The notes under the pieces were generated by a model. It saw nothing but the letters and a program-made list of their open reading frames with translations. It was not told where the DNA came from and did no database searches. A DNA stretch of 64,000 nucleotides from an uncultured Chloroflexia bacterium (lineage in GTDB: Bacteria > Chloroflexota > Anaerolineae > B4-G1 > SLSP01). Shown here in pieces: positions 50,278-60,240 of the stretch (the stretch's first letter is position 1; every line of letters begins with the position of its first letter). A program made the translations under genes and the position numbers. The DNA is taken from positions 86,707-150,706 of the forward strand of contig CAVVUS010000013.1 in NCBI GenBank assembly GCA_963751345.1, written 5' to 3'.

Positions 50278-50670
50278 TCAACGCACGACCTGGAGACCCA
50301 GGTGCGCCTCAAAGGGATCGAAGTCACGATCGCTATGCAGCAACCACAGGCCGTGATCGATCGCGTACGTAGCAATCAAACAGTCGATGGTCTTCCGAAC
50401 GGTGATGCCGCGGCGCCGAAGAGCGCGGTAGTTCTCGGCACTCCGCAACGCGGTCTCCACGCCGCCGATCACTTGGACGGGGAAAGCAAGCAGGGCTTGA
50501 CGAGCCCGGTCGAAGTCAGACTGGCGCCGGAAGCCCTGCAAGACCTCACACAGCGTGATATCGCCCAGGCAAAGCACCTCGTGGCCCACCGCGGCGTCGA
50601 GTCGATCGGTCTGGGGTGTGACTACCCCGTTGAAGTAGTCGATCCAGACGGAAGCATCAACCAGCCACAT
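50278..50670 (-). CDS. vapC: PIN-domain toxin (VapC family)
   Basis: LVDASVWID, EVLQG, TIDCLIA and HSDRDF motifs. Confidence 0.92.
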   Translation of the reverse strand: MWLVDASVWIDYFNGVVTPQTDRLDAAVGHEVLCLGDITLCEVLQGFRRQSDFDRARQALLAFPVQVIGGVETALRSAENYRALRRRGITVRKTIDCLIATYAIDHGLWLLHSDRDFDPFEAHLGLQVVR

Positions 50671-50884
50671 CGTCGTTCCCGTCGGTCCGCAGCGCCGCCA
50701 GATCGCCCTCCCACGTGAGCTGTCCGCGGAGAGCGCGCACCTGTTCCTGACGCCGCAACGTGGTCAGCACCCGCAGCGCCTCCTCAATCACCGCCCGCTT
50801 TGTCTTCAGGCCGGTGAGCGCCAAGGCTTCCTCAACTAGATCCTGGTCCAATACGACATTCGTGCGTCGCGTCTCGCCCATCAC
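50657..50884 (-). CDS. vapB: VapB-family antitoxin
   Basis: RTNVVLDQDLVEEAL.LTGLKTKRAVIEEAL...WEGDL; overlaps the vapC start. Confidence 0.88.
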   Translation of the reverse strand: MMGETRRTNVVLDQDLVEEALALTGLKTKRAVIEEALRVLTTLRRQEQVRALRGQLTWEGDLAALRTDGNDDVAG

Positions 50885-50901
50885 AGCACCTCCTCGGATG
50901 A

Positions 50902-50930
50902 TGTGTATATTGTACCACGATCGTGTGTAT
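50902..50930 (-). promoter_or_regulatory. vapBC promoter: extended -10 TGGTACAAT flanked by ATACACA direct repeats (possible autoregulatory operator)
   Basis: TGTGTAT at 50902 and 50924 flank ATTGTACCA at 50909-50917. Confidence 0.55.
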
Positions 50931-51167
50931 CGGGCGACGCAGGCAGGGTAAGGACGCCGGCGCGAAGCGAGGGGGCGGATTCAGGTGACGACCGCATCCT
51001 TAATACATGCACGGTCCGTGAGGAGTCAAGCGCAAGGATTGCTGCATGGTGTGGCGCGAAGGTGCGAGGGCTGGGGCGAAGGGCGCGCGTCACCAACACG
51101 AGCGCCCGTGTGAGCACGAGAGGCGAACACGGGATGGCATCCGGTCATCCTGGAGCAGCCATAGGCG

Positions 51168-51953
51168 CTACTCGCCCAACCCCTCCCCGTTCTCGACCAG
51201 CTCCTTCAGCCGCTGCGTGAAGCGCGCCGCGGGCGCGCCGTCGATGACGTCGTGATCGAGACTGATGGTCACACTCAGGTATCTGCGTACCTCCACACGG
51301 TGATCGACCACGCCCGGCTTCTCACCGATTCCCCCCAGCGTGAGCTGCAGCGAATGGTTGGGTACCGGGATGCCCCAGCCATTCGCTCTGCCGAACATGC
51401 CGATCGAGGTCACCAGTACCGTGCCGTAATAGTCCTTGACCATCCGGGGGGTCTTCAACAGGGCCCAGAGAAAGAAGCGTCGGGCAAATCCGGGCAGTCG
51501 TACGAACCCCCGGATGAACTTCGATTCCTCGCTGCGCTCGTGCCCTGCCTGGAAATCCCGGATCTCCTCCTCGAGCTCTCGCAGGCTCTTGTGGTTCACC
51601 CCTCTCAGGATGTGAGGCCGGATCGCCTTCTCACCGTCGACGTCGACCTCGAACAGCATGTTCACGTCCACGTCGTCAAAGACGATCAGTTGGCGGCGCC
51701 AATTGCGGTAGGCGTGCATCTCCTTGTTCTCGTCGATGGCTCTACCCAGACAGGCCAGGAAGAAGGCCGAGAAGGATAGCCCTTCGCCCGTCCGGCGTCT
51801 GTAGCCCCGGATAGCCTCGCGGGTACCGGTGATATCGAACTCCACCAGCCCGTGGATCGTGTGCCTGCGGAGTCCCATCCGCCCGCCATCGACCATCAGG
51901 AGCCGCTCCCTGGGATAGGGCAGGGCAGAGAATGCGTCGTGTTTAGCCTTCAT
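51168..51953 (-). CDS. Stand-alone 2-oxoacid dehydrogenase E2-like acyltransferase (catalytic domain only)
   Basis: GTVLVTSIGM and DHDVIDGAPAARF motifs; no lipoyl domain. Confidence 0.85.
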   Translation of the reverse strand: MKAKHDAFSALPYPRERLLMVDGGRMGLRRHTIHGLVEFDITGTREAIRGYRRRTGEGLSFSAFFLACLGRAIDENKEMHAYRNWRRQLIVFDDVDVNMLFEVDVDGEKAIRPHILRGVNHKSLRELEEEIRDFQAGHERSEESKFIRGFVRLPGFARRFFLWALLKTPRMVKDYYGTVLVTSIGMFGRANGWGIPVPNHSLQLTLGGIGEKPGVVDHRVEVRRYLSVTISLDHDVIDGAPAARFTQRLKELVENGEGLGE

Positions 51954-51975
51954 ATGTCGTGTTCCTGTTACTGAA

Positions 51976-53232
51976 TCATCCGAAAACCTGCTGGATGACG
52001 TCCACTGCGTCGTCGACACCTTGTTCGGAGCGAATGGCCCGGCCACAGGCATCGGCACGCTGCCTGATGCCTGGATCTGTCACGGCAAGCGTGATCGCGT
52101 GGGCCAGAGACTCCGCGGTCAGGGACTTCTGCGGTATGGGGTCAGGTCCCACGCCCAACGCCCTGACCCGCGCCCCCCAGAAAGGCTGATCGAGCACAAA
52201 GGGCACGATCACGGTAGGCCTTCCGGCCCGCAACCCTTCCGCCGTCGTCCCGGCGCCGCCGTGATGCACCACCGCCGCCACGCGCGAGAACAGCCAACTG
52301 TGGGGCACAGCGTCGATGACGAATGCCCTGTCTGAGAGAAGCTCGGGACGCATGCCGCCCCATCCGGTGAGCAGCACCCCTCGTTGGCTGCTCTTGTCCA
52401 GCGCGCTCATGACGAGACGGGCCAGGGACTCCGGGTTGCGCCCGGCCATACTGCCGAACCCGATATAGACCGGCGGGTCGCCTGCCTGCAGAAATGCCGC
52501 CAGGTCGGATGGCGGCTGCCAATCGGCCTGGGCATCCAGGAAGAAGTAACCCGTGACGTGCACGGTGTCCGGCCAGTCCGCCGGATGCGGGATGACGGTG
52601 GGGCTATACGCCCCAAGCAGCGGGGTTGACCTCAAAGCACGGTAGAAGCGTCGGGCGCTGTACTTCGATAATCCGAGACGTTGTCTGAAGGCATTCACGA
52701 AAGGCCGGTACCACATCCACACAACCTGGAGCATCAGCCTGCCGGACAGAGTGTTATGCAACCCGCCCAGGTTTCTCTGGATGGGCCACGAGGGTGCCGG
52801 GAAAGCCGTTGTCGCCAGCAGGGGCGTGGGCTCGACGTTGATCATCGGGATATCCAGGGCTTCTGCGATGGATTTCCCGAAAGCACTGAAAACGCCCAGG
52901 CAGATCAGGCCTTCGGCGTCGCGACACGCAGCGTAAGCGTCCTCCGCCATTTCCATCACGACTGGGGCAATCATGGTCCGGACCGCACGAATCGACTTGA
53001 GCGGATTGCCGCCGCCGGTCTCCATGAACTCCCGTCCGGTGTCGCCCGCCATGATCCGCTGGACGTCCCCTCGCAGAGGGGTGAAGCCGACGCCGTGACT
53101 CTCCACGAAGCCCTCGAAATCCGCAGGAGCGGCGAGCGACACGTCGTGCCCTGCGCGCTGTAAGCCTTGGCCCAGGGCGATGCAGGGCTGAATATCACCG
53201 CGTGATCCTGCCGCAAAGATGGTAAGCCTCAT
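51976..53232 (-). CDS. GT1 family glycosyltransferase (sterol glucosyltransferase-like)
   Basis: GSRGDIQP, YIGFGSM, VPHSWLF and HHGGAGTT..DQPFWG motifs. Confidence 0.9.
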   Translation of the reverse strand: MRLTIFAAGSRGDIQPCIALGQGLQRAGHDVSLAAPADFEGFVESHGVGFTPLRGDVQRIMAGDTGREFMETGGGNPLKSIRAVRTMIAPVVMEMAEDAYAACRDAEGLICLGVFSAFGKSIAEALDIPMINVEPTPLLATTAFPAPSWPIQRNLGGLHNTLSGRLMLQVVWMWYRPFVNAFRQRLGLSKYSARRFYRALRSTPLLGAYSPTVIPHPADWPDTVHVTGYFFLDAQADWQPPSDLAAFLQAGDPPVYIGFGSMAGRNPESLARLVMSALDKSSQRGVLLTGWGGMRPELLSDRAFVIDAVPHSWLFSRVAAVVHHGGAGTTAEGLRAGRPTVIVPFVLDQPFWGARVRALGVGPDPIPQKSLTAESLAHAITLAVTDPGIRQRADACGRAIRSEQGVDDAVDVIQQVFG

Positions 53233-53612
53233 TCTCACCCTCGTCATCCGGCAGGCGCTGCGTATAGCCGCCTGCCCGTCCTGCGACGTAGTATAGCCGA
53301 TCGCACAAGCCGGCGCTAGCCTCGGACCCAGGGGGGTGCGCTGCAGCCTTGATTGGCCCAGTTTCCTCGTATAGAATAGAAAAAAGATCTATCACATCCA
53401 CTGGCGGTCCACCAGATGACCACCGCCGGACGTCTGAGCTGCCTGACAATGCCGCCTGCCCACCCATCCGCTCTGCCCAATCGCTTCGCCCCTCCCCCTC
53501 GTATTACGAAACGAACCCATTTTAGAGCGGCAGACTCACAGGCAGAGTGGGACGCATCCGGGGCGCCACGGACACGATGCGCACGCTGGCATGGCAAACG
53601 ACTCGAGCCTCG

Positions 53613-53641
53613 TTGACCTGTATCCGGCAGGATGATAGAAT
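53613..53641 (+). promoter_or_regulatory. Sigma70-type promoter TTGACC-17bp-TAGAAT with extended TG
   Basis: TTGACC 53613-53618 and TAGAAT 53636-53641. Confidence 0.7.
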
Positions 53642-53772
53642 CCCAGCATAGCCTAAGACGCGGACCCGGACAGGGCGGGTTCCCGTCCGCAAAGGGTCAG
53701 GCCGCGTTGCCGACCTTCGCTGGGCTGCCCACCGGCAGATGCAAAGACGCAGCGCTCTCATAGGGGACTACC

Positions 53773-54922
53773 ATGGATATACAACTCAGGGAAGTGCAGA
53801 CATCGAAGGACTTGCGCACGTTCGTCACATTCCCGCTGACGCTCTATCGTGGGGACCCGTACTATGTGCCCGCGTTGGTCTCCGACGACCTCAACACACT
53901 CCGACGCGACAAGAATCCGGCCTTCGACTTCTGCGAGGCCAGATACTGGCTGGCATATCGCGAAGGTCGTGTGGCAGGCCGGATCGCGGCGATCTACAAC
54001 CCGCACCACGTGGAGCACTGGCACCAGCCCTATCTGCGCTTTGGCTGGATGGACTTTGTCGACGATCCGGCGGTCTCCGCCGCGCTTGCTCGGAGCGGCT
54101 GAGGCGTGGGCCCGCGAGAAGGAGCTCACCGCGGTGCACGGCCCCCTGGGCTTCACCGACCTCGATCGCGAGGGGATGCTGGTGGAGGGCTTCGACGAGC
54201 TGGGGACCCTGGCAACATCCTACAACTACCCCTACTACCCGGCCCACATGGAGCGCTTGGGCTACGTCAAGGATGTGGACTGGGTCGAGTACGAGATCCA
54301 GGTTCCCGCCGAGCCCAACGAGAAAATCGCCAGGATCGCCGATATGGTCCTGCGCCGCTACCACTTGCGGAAGCTCCAGGTGCGCAAGAAGTCGGAACTA
54401 CTGGGCTACGCGCACCAGGCGCTGCGGATGGTCAACGAGGAGTATCAGCACCTCTACGGTGTGACACCGCTGACCGACCGGCAGGTCGCGGCCTACGTGA
54501 AGCAGTACTTCGGCTTCCTGAATCCCGTCTTCACCCCCGCGGTCCTGGATGAGAACGATCGACTGATAGCCTTCGGTGTCACGATGCCATCGCTCTCGAG
54601 GGCGCTACAGAAAGGCGGCGGGCGGCTCTTCCCCTTTGGGTTGTTCCACCTGCTCCGAGCCCTGAACCACAATGATCGTGCGGACCTCTATCTGGTGGCG
54701 GTGCGCAGCGAGTACCAGGGCAAGGGCGTAAATGCCGTGCTGATGCATATGATGAGCCAGGTGTTCGCCGCCCGTGGGATCCGCACGGTCGAATCCAATC
54801 CCGAGCTCGAGACCAACGCCGACGTGCAGGGCCAATGGAAGTACTACGAGACACGCCTGCACAAACGCCGGCGCTGCTACATCAAGCACCTGGAGGCCTT
54901 GGATTCCTCGCCCTCGGCTTAA
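53773..54922 (+). CDS. YghO-like GNAT family protein; frameshift near 54090
   Basis: FVTFPLTLY..DPYYVP.L, GRIAAI, GPLGFTD.DREGMLVEGF, YNYPYY and YQGKGV motifs. Confidence 0.82.
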
Positions 54923-54995
54923 GCTGAGTTCGCCGCTATCCGGCTCTAAAGCGACAACTTGCCGCGGCCTTGTTCGCCTCCTCGATCATCGTCAT

Positions 54996-55137
54996 TAGGG
55001 CTATCGCATTTGGACGCGAGGGAACCTTCCGGGAAGCTGAGAAGCGCGTTACGATGTAGGAGCGCTTGCGCTCCCGGGAAGGACAATCGCTGGAGGGGGC
55101 TATGCAGCTTCCCGGAAGGTCAAGTGCGATGGCCCCA
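54996..55137. mobile_element. 142-bp MITE-like element, copy 1
   Basis: Terminal IRs TAGGGCTATCGCATTTG / CAAGTGCGATGGCCCCA; internal IR ACCTTCCGGGAAGCTG / CAGCTTCCCGGAAGGT; second copy at 56407. Confidence 0.75.
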
Positions 55138-55283
55138 TCATGACATGCTTGCCGACGCATGTCAAGCGCAGTATCATGCAGATGGGGAACCCAGCACGAC
55201 CCGCTCCTTCTCCGCACCCACCCATCACCCCACCGGTTCCTACCCGTGACGTTCCGAACGCATCCATAGCGAAGGAGGTTGGC

Positions 55284-55751
55284 ATGCCTACTCCATCGGT
55301 GAAAGCATATCTGGCGGAGAACGGTGTAGCGTATGAGGCCATCCCCTATGGCCATGCCTATGCCGCGCAGCACGTCGCAGCGGAGGCGCACGTCTCCGGC
55401 AAGCAGTTCGCCAAGACCGTGATCGTCAAGGCGGACGACCGGCTGGTGATGGCAGCGGTACCCGCCGACGCGCGCGTCGACTGCGACCGGCTTAAGGCGA
55501 CGCTCCGTGCGGCGCACGTGGAGCTGGCAAAGGAGCGCGACTTCAAGGGAGTGTTTGGCGACTGCGAGGTGGGCGCCATGCCGCCCTTCGGGCCGCTCTT
55601 TGGAGTGGAGGTCTTCGTCGACGAGAGCCTGGCACAGGGGCGGAGCATCGTCTTCCGGAGCGGCACGCACGGCGAACTGATCCGCATGGCGTACGCCGAC
55701 TTTGCCAGGATCGTGGGGCCGCGGGTGCTCGCGCTGGCCTATCGACGATAG
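55284..55751 (+). CDS. YbaK/EbsC (aminoacyl-tRNA deacylase-like) protein
   Basis: FAKTVIVK, DCEVGAMPPFG and SGTHGELI motifs; AAGGAGG RBS. Confidence 0.9.
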   Translation: MPTPSVKAYLAENGVAYEAIPYGHAYAAQHVAAEAHVSGKQFAKTVIVKADDRLVMAAVPADARVDCDRLKATLRAAHVELAKERDFKGVFGDCEVGAMPPFGPLFGVEVFVDESLAQGRSIVFRSGTHGELIRMAYADFARIVGPRVLALAYRR

Positions 55752-55798
55752 CCAGGCGAGACGGTCGCGGGCACACCTCGCCCCGAACGCACCCAGGC

Positions 55799-55845
55799 GC
55801 GTTCACGTGGTGTAGGCACAGGCCGGGCCCGCACCACGTGAACGC
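55799..55845. terminator. 14-bp-stem hairpin between convergent genes
   Basis: GCGTTCACGTGGTG ... CACCACGTGAACGC. Confidence 0.6.
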
Positions 55846-55859
55846 ACAGAGCTGCTACG

Positions 55860-56264
55860 TCAATAGGTGATGACGCGCTGAAGTCCCTTGGCGGCTGTCA
55901 CCCAGCCCTCGACCTGTGCCTGCGAGGGTAGATGGCGCACCAGGTGTTTTGCCTCGTTGGTTTCCTTGATCTTCCCGTAGAGGTTCGCGCCGTTGCGTTG
56001 TGCCAACTCGGGAACCGTGTCGACACCGGCCTCCTCCAGCAGGTCAGCATACTCCTCGCCGATCCCCTTCACTCTGAACAGATCGGCGTGATTCACCCAT
56101 TCGAGGATGAGCGTCCCGCTGATCCCCGTCGCCTCGGCGAGATCATTCCTCCCCTTGGGTGTGGCCCCCCTCTTGAGGAGCGCCTCCACGGTCGCAACCC
56201 CTGCCGCGATCAGTTTCTCACCGTAGACACTCCCGATGCCCTCGACTGCTATGATATTGGTCAT
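55860..56264 (-). CDS. DUF4332 family (HhH-like) protein
   Basis: VEGIGSVY..KL..AGV, WVNHADLFRVKGIGEEYADLLEEAGVDTVPELAQRN. Confidence 0.88.
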   Translation of the reverse strand: MTNIIAVEGIGSVYGEKLIAAGVATVEALLKRGATPKGRNDLAEATGISGTLILEWVNHADLFRVKGIGEEYADLLEEAGVDTVPELAQRNGANLYGKIKETNEAKHLVRHLPSQAQVEGWVTAAKGLQRVITY

Positions 56265-56406
56265 CTTGTACCGCCTCCCTCTGAAGATGGAACAGCCTAG
56301 GTGTACTCCAGAGCGACTGTGCTCCCCGGCAGCCTGCTGAGCCGAGACGATCGCTTCTTAGCCCTATTATAGACGCCTCAGCTACAGTGCAATACGCAGC
56401 ATAGGT

Positions 56407-56548
56407 TAGGATTATCGCATTTAGACGTGAGAGAACCTTCCGGGAAGCTGAGAAGCGCGTTACGATGTAGGAGCGCCTGCAACCCCCGGAAGGACTGCCG
56501 CTGGAGGGCGCTATGCAGCTTCCCGGAAGATCAAATGCGATTTCCCCA
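56407..56548. mobile_element. 142-bp MITE-like element, copy 2 (same orientation)
   Basis: Same length as copy 1, shares an identical core of over 40 bp (GAACCTTCCGGGAAGCTGAGAAGCGCGTTACGATGTAGGAGCGC). Confidence 0.75.
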
Positions 56549-56738
56549 CGGCGTGGGCGGGCTCCGCGATACAGATGCTGCCTCGTATAGCCCTGCGTTG
56601 CATGTGTTTCCCTCTGTGCTACGATGACCCCCAACGACTGAGCGGATGGCAACCTTCTGCCGTTCGAGCCAAGACGGTGCGGCACCCTCGGCGGAAAGCT
56701 GCCTGCGACGACAAGGCGGATTCGCGATAGGAGGCTGG

Positions 56739-58731
56739 ATGAGCACCATACAGACAGTGTCGATCACCACCCCACAGGACATGCAGCGGAGCCGCGAAGG
56801 GGCAGGATCGCTTCTTCGCCAACGCCGCCGACCTTCCCATTTCCTTCGTCTTCGACGGGACGGCCCGCCGTGGCATTCCGGAGGCGTGGCACCCAACGAT
56901 CACCAGGCGCCGAATCGACGCCACCATGATCGAGACCGTCTTCGAGGGCACCGACCCCGAAACAGGGTTGAACGTCCGGGTAGAGGCCACGGAGTACAAG
57001 GACTTCCCGGTTGTGGAATGGGTCGCGTGGTTCACCGCCACCGGCCCCGACCCCACCCCGATCCTCAGCGACATCCAGGCGATGGATGCAGCGCTCGCGG
57101 GCGCCTCGCCCGTCGTGACGCACTGCAACGGCGACTTCTACAGCGCCGACGGCTACACGCCCGAGCAGACCGCGCTCGACGAAGGGAGCTTGCTCCATTT
57201 CGCGCCCCACGCAGGTCGCCCAAGTGACGGCGCCTTCCCCTACTACCGGCTCACGTTCGAGGACTGGGGGATCTCGCTGGCCATCGGCTGGCCCGCGCAA
57301 TGGGCGGTCAGCTATCGCCGGACGGCAGATGGCGTACACATCCGGGCCGGCCAGGAGATCACGAACCTGCGGCTCATGCCGGGAGAGCGGATCCGCACAC
57401 CGCGCATCACCGTTCTCTCCTGGTCCGGCGACGCCTCGCGAGCCGTGAACCTCTGGCGACGGTGGTACCTCGCCCACATCCTGCCCCGGCCCGACGGCCA
57501 ACCGATGCAGCCGCACCTGGCTTGTGCCGCGACCGACGAGGGTGAGGAGTTCACGGCGGCGACCGAGGCTAATCAGATCCGTTACATTCAGGCCTTCAAC
57601 GAACGCGGCATTCGGCCCGACGTCTGGTGGATCGATGCCGGATGGTACCCTTGCTTTGACGAGAAAGGCGAGCGACGGTGGCCGATCACCGGAACGTGGG
57701 AACCCGATCCCGAGCGGTTCCCCCGAGGCATGAAGCCGGTGTCCGACACCGCGGCCCGCCACGGCGCCGATCTGCTGGTCTGGTTTGAACCCGAGCGGGT
57801 GCGACCCGGGACGATGCTCGACACGGAGCACCCCGAGTGCCTGCTCGACGCTGAAGGCGACGTCAACCGCCTGCTCTTCCTGGGCAGTCCGGCGTGCCGC
57901 CAATGGCTGACGGACCACGTCAGCAACCTGATCGCGGACAATGGCATCAAAATCTACCGGCAGGACTTCAACTTCGAGCCGCTGCCGCACTGGCGCGAGA
58001 ACGAGGACGAGGATCGCCAGGGCCTCAACGAGAACCTCCACGTCCAGGGCTATCTGCAGTACTGGGACGACCTGCTGGCGCGCAATCCCGGCCTATGGAT
58101 CGACTCGTGCTCCAGCGGCGGACGCCGCAACGACCTGGAGACGATGCGTCGCGCCGTGCCGCTGCACTACACCGACTACGGCTATGGCGATCATCCGGTC
58201 AAGCTGGCCTTCCACCACACGCTCTTCCAGTGGATCCCCTATTTCAAGGAATCGACGGTCTCGTGGGATCTCGAAGGGGTCAGCCGGTTCGACCACCAGG
58301 TCGATAGCTATTCCTTCCACTGCGCGATGGCGCCGATGCTCTTCGCCACGCTGGATATCCGGCGGGATGACTACGACTTCGCACTCGCAGGCAAGATGAT
58401 CGACGTCTGGCGCCGGTCCGCCGACCTGATCCTGTACGGTGACTACTATCCGCAGACGCCGTTCTACAAGGGCGCCGACCGGTGGGTCGCCTGGCAGTTC
58501 GACCGCCCGGAGGAGGGCCGCGGGCTGATCCAGGCGATCCGTCTCCCGGACGCGCCCGGCGCCGCCTACACCGTGCATCCCGAAGGACTCGACCCCGAGG
58601 CGACCTACGCCCTGGAGAACCCCGAGACCTCGGAAACGCGCGAGCTCACGGGGCGAGATCTGATCGACGACGGCTTGACCTTCGCGCTTGAGCCCCGCAG
58701 CGGCGCGCTGTGGCTGTATCGAACCGTGTAG
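56739..58731 (+). CDS. Alpha-galactosidase-like glycoside hydrolase (GH36/clan D); frameshift near 56815
   Basis: WWIDAGWY, FPRGMKP, VWFEPERV, YRQDFN and IDSCSSGGRRND motifs; AGGAGG RBS. Confidence 0.85.
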
Positions 58732-58922
58732 CGGAATAGCCGAAGGGCTGAGGACCTAACCAGGTGGGGCGCACCAACTACACGTGCACCCCACCCGCTC
58801 TGGGTGCGGCCCACCTGCAGTTGGTGGGGTGCACCCGGCACCCTCATTCCCGCCGCATCTAGGCGTTCCCACCCTTCCTGATGGACCGGGCCCCGATCAC
58901 GCAGGCGCAGTGGGCGACGATC

Positions 58923-59084
58923 CTAGTGGTCAGTCAAACTAATTAAGTGGGGACTGTCATCCTGAGCCGCAGGCGAAGGATCTCACCCTTGCGAGGCAAC
59001 AGGCTCCTTCATGCCGCACGGCAACTGCGTGGGGCGCCCGTTCAGGATGACAGATCCCAAGAATCGGGTTAACCGACCCACTAG
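58923..59084. mobile_element. Nested palindromic element (CTAG-bounded IRs around a GTCATCCTGA-type palindrome)
   Basis: Outer CTAGTGGTCAGTCAA / TTAACCGACCCACTAG; inner TGTCATCCTGA / TCAGGATGACA (58955-59052). Confidence 0.6.
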
Positions 59085-59312
59085 AGGTATCCGGCAGAGC
59101 TCTCGCGCCTCAACGCTGAGTGCAGGTCTTTCTCCACACATAGTTGAGCGCGCACACGCCCGGATCCCCACAATGTGGAGCGCAAGATCCTATGCTCCAC
59201 TGATGACACCCCGGACGTCGCAATGTATGCTAAATATGCTCAATAGGCTAGTGCCCCAGCGTCCGGCACGTACACACGCGATGAGGGAGGCACAGACAAG
59301 ACGCGCGTCGGG

Positions 59313-59666
59313 GTGATTATGAGTCAGCTCTTGGTGTGTGTCAAAGTCATTGACACACAGGGCTACGGTGTGCGGAGTGCTGGCAGCAAGGAAGCGGAGG
59401 CACTGGACATCCTGGAGCAACACGCCACAGAGATCGCCCTGATCTTGAGCGATCTGGTGATGCCCGAGTTGGGGGGACAGGCATTGTTCCACACATTGCA
59501 GGAACGTGTCTGGCGGGTAACCATGGTGATGATGACCGGTCATCCTATGGAGCGCGATCTGCGTGCCCTGCAGGCGCAAGGGCTGGCGGGGTGGATGCTC
59601 AAGCCGTCCACCGTTGAGGATCTGGCGTCAACGCTCGCACAAGCGTTGCAGAACAGGAGCTCGTGA
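59313..59666 (+). pseudogene. N-terminally truncated response-regulator receiver domain
   Basis: EALDIL, LILSDLVMPELGG, MMTG and KP motifs, but the first strand with its acidic pair is missing. Confidence 0.6.
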
Positions 59667-59718
59667 TCCACAGAAGTCTGATGGCGGCGACGGCGGTCCC
59701 GATGAGGAGGATCACCGA

Positions 59719-60240
59719 GTGAGAAACCTGCCAGTGACACATCAGAAGCAAATCCTGATCTTCACGCTGGATGAGCCGCGGTATGCGTTGCGTCTCTCGG
59801 CGGTGGAACGGGTCGTCCGCGCAGTGGAGATCACACCGCTGCCGAAAGCCCCGGCGTTCGTCGTGGGCGTCATCAACGTGCAGGGGCAGATCACGCCGGT
59901 GGTCGTTATCCGCCGGCGCCTGGGCTTGCCGCCGCGCGAAATCAGTCCGGATGACCGGTTCATCCTTGCCCGTACCTCCCGGCGCCTCGTAGCGCTCGTG
60001 GCCGATTCCGTGGAGGGCGTTCATGAACTGACGGATCGAGAGTCGGTAAGCGCCGAACAGGTCTTGCCCGGCGCAGCGTACATTCACGGTCTGGCAAAGT
60101 TGGGCGACAACCTGGTTCTCATCTGCGACCTCGACCAGTTTCTTACCTTCGACGATGAGCGAAAACTGGTGGAGGCGCTGGCGGAAATCGCGCCTGAGCC
60201 GGCGTGCAAGACACGTCAGACGAAAGGGGAGGCGGTATGA
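59719..60240 (+). CDS. cheW: Chemotaxis adaptor CheW
   Basis: ITPLPKAP..VGVINVQGQITPVV and ALVADSV motifs; GAGGAGG RBS with GTG start. Confidence 0.88.
   Translation: MRNLPVTHQKQILIFTLDEPRYALRLSAVERVVRAVEITPLPKAPAFVVGVINVQGQITPVVVIRRRLGLPPREISPDDRFILARTSRRLVALVADSVEGVHELTDRESVSAEQVLPGAAYIHGLAKLGDNLVLICDLDQFLTFDDERKLVEALAEIAPEPACKTRQTKGEAV

Noticed and set aside
50278-50884. vapBC as part of a defence island
   Set aside because: Isolated ordinary type II TA pair with no neighbouring defence genes
53590-53715. Resemblance to a c-di-GMP-I riboswitch (GGCAAA, CCTAA, GTTGCCGA)
   Set aside because: The GNRA stem and GACGCAAA element are not correctly arranged and the 5' part lies upstream of the predicted TSS; kept only as a generic structured leader
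53728-53765. GGCAGATGCAA resembling the end of the 35-bp regulon motif
   Set aside because: Lacks the AATAAACCC/GATATCCC part and has no TAnnnT at 17 bp
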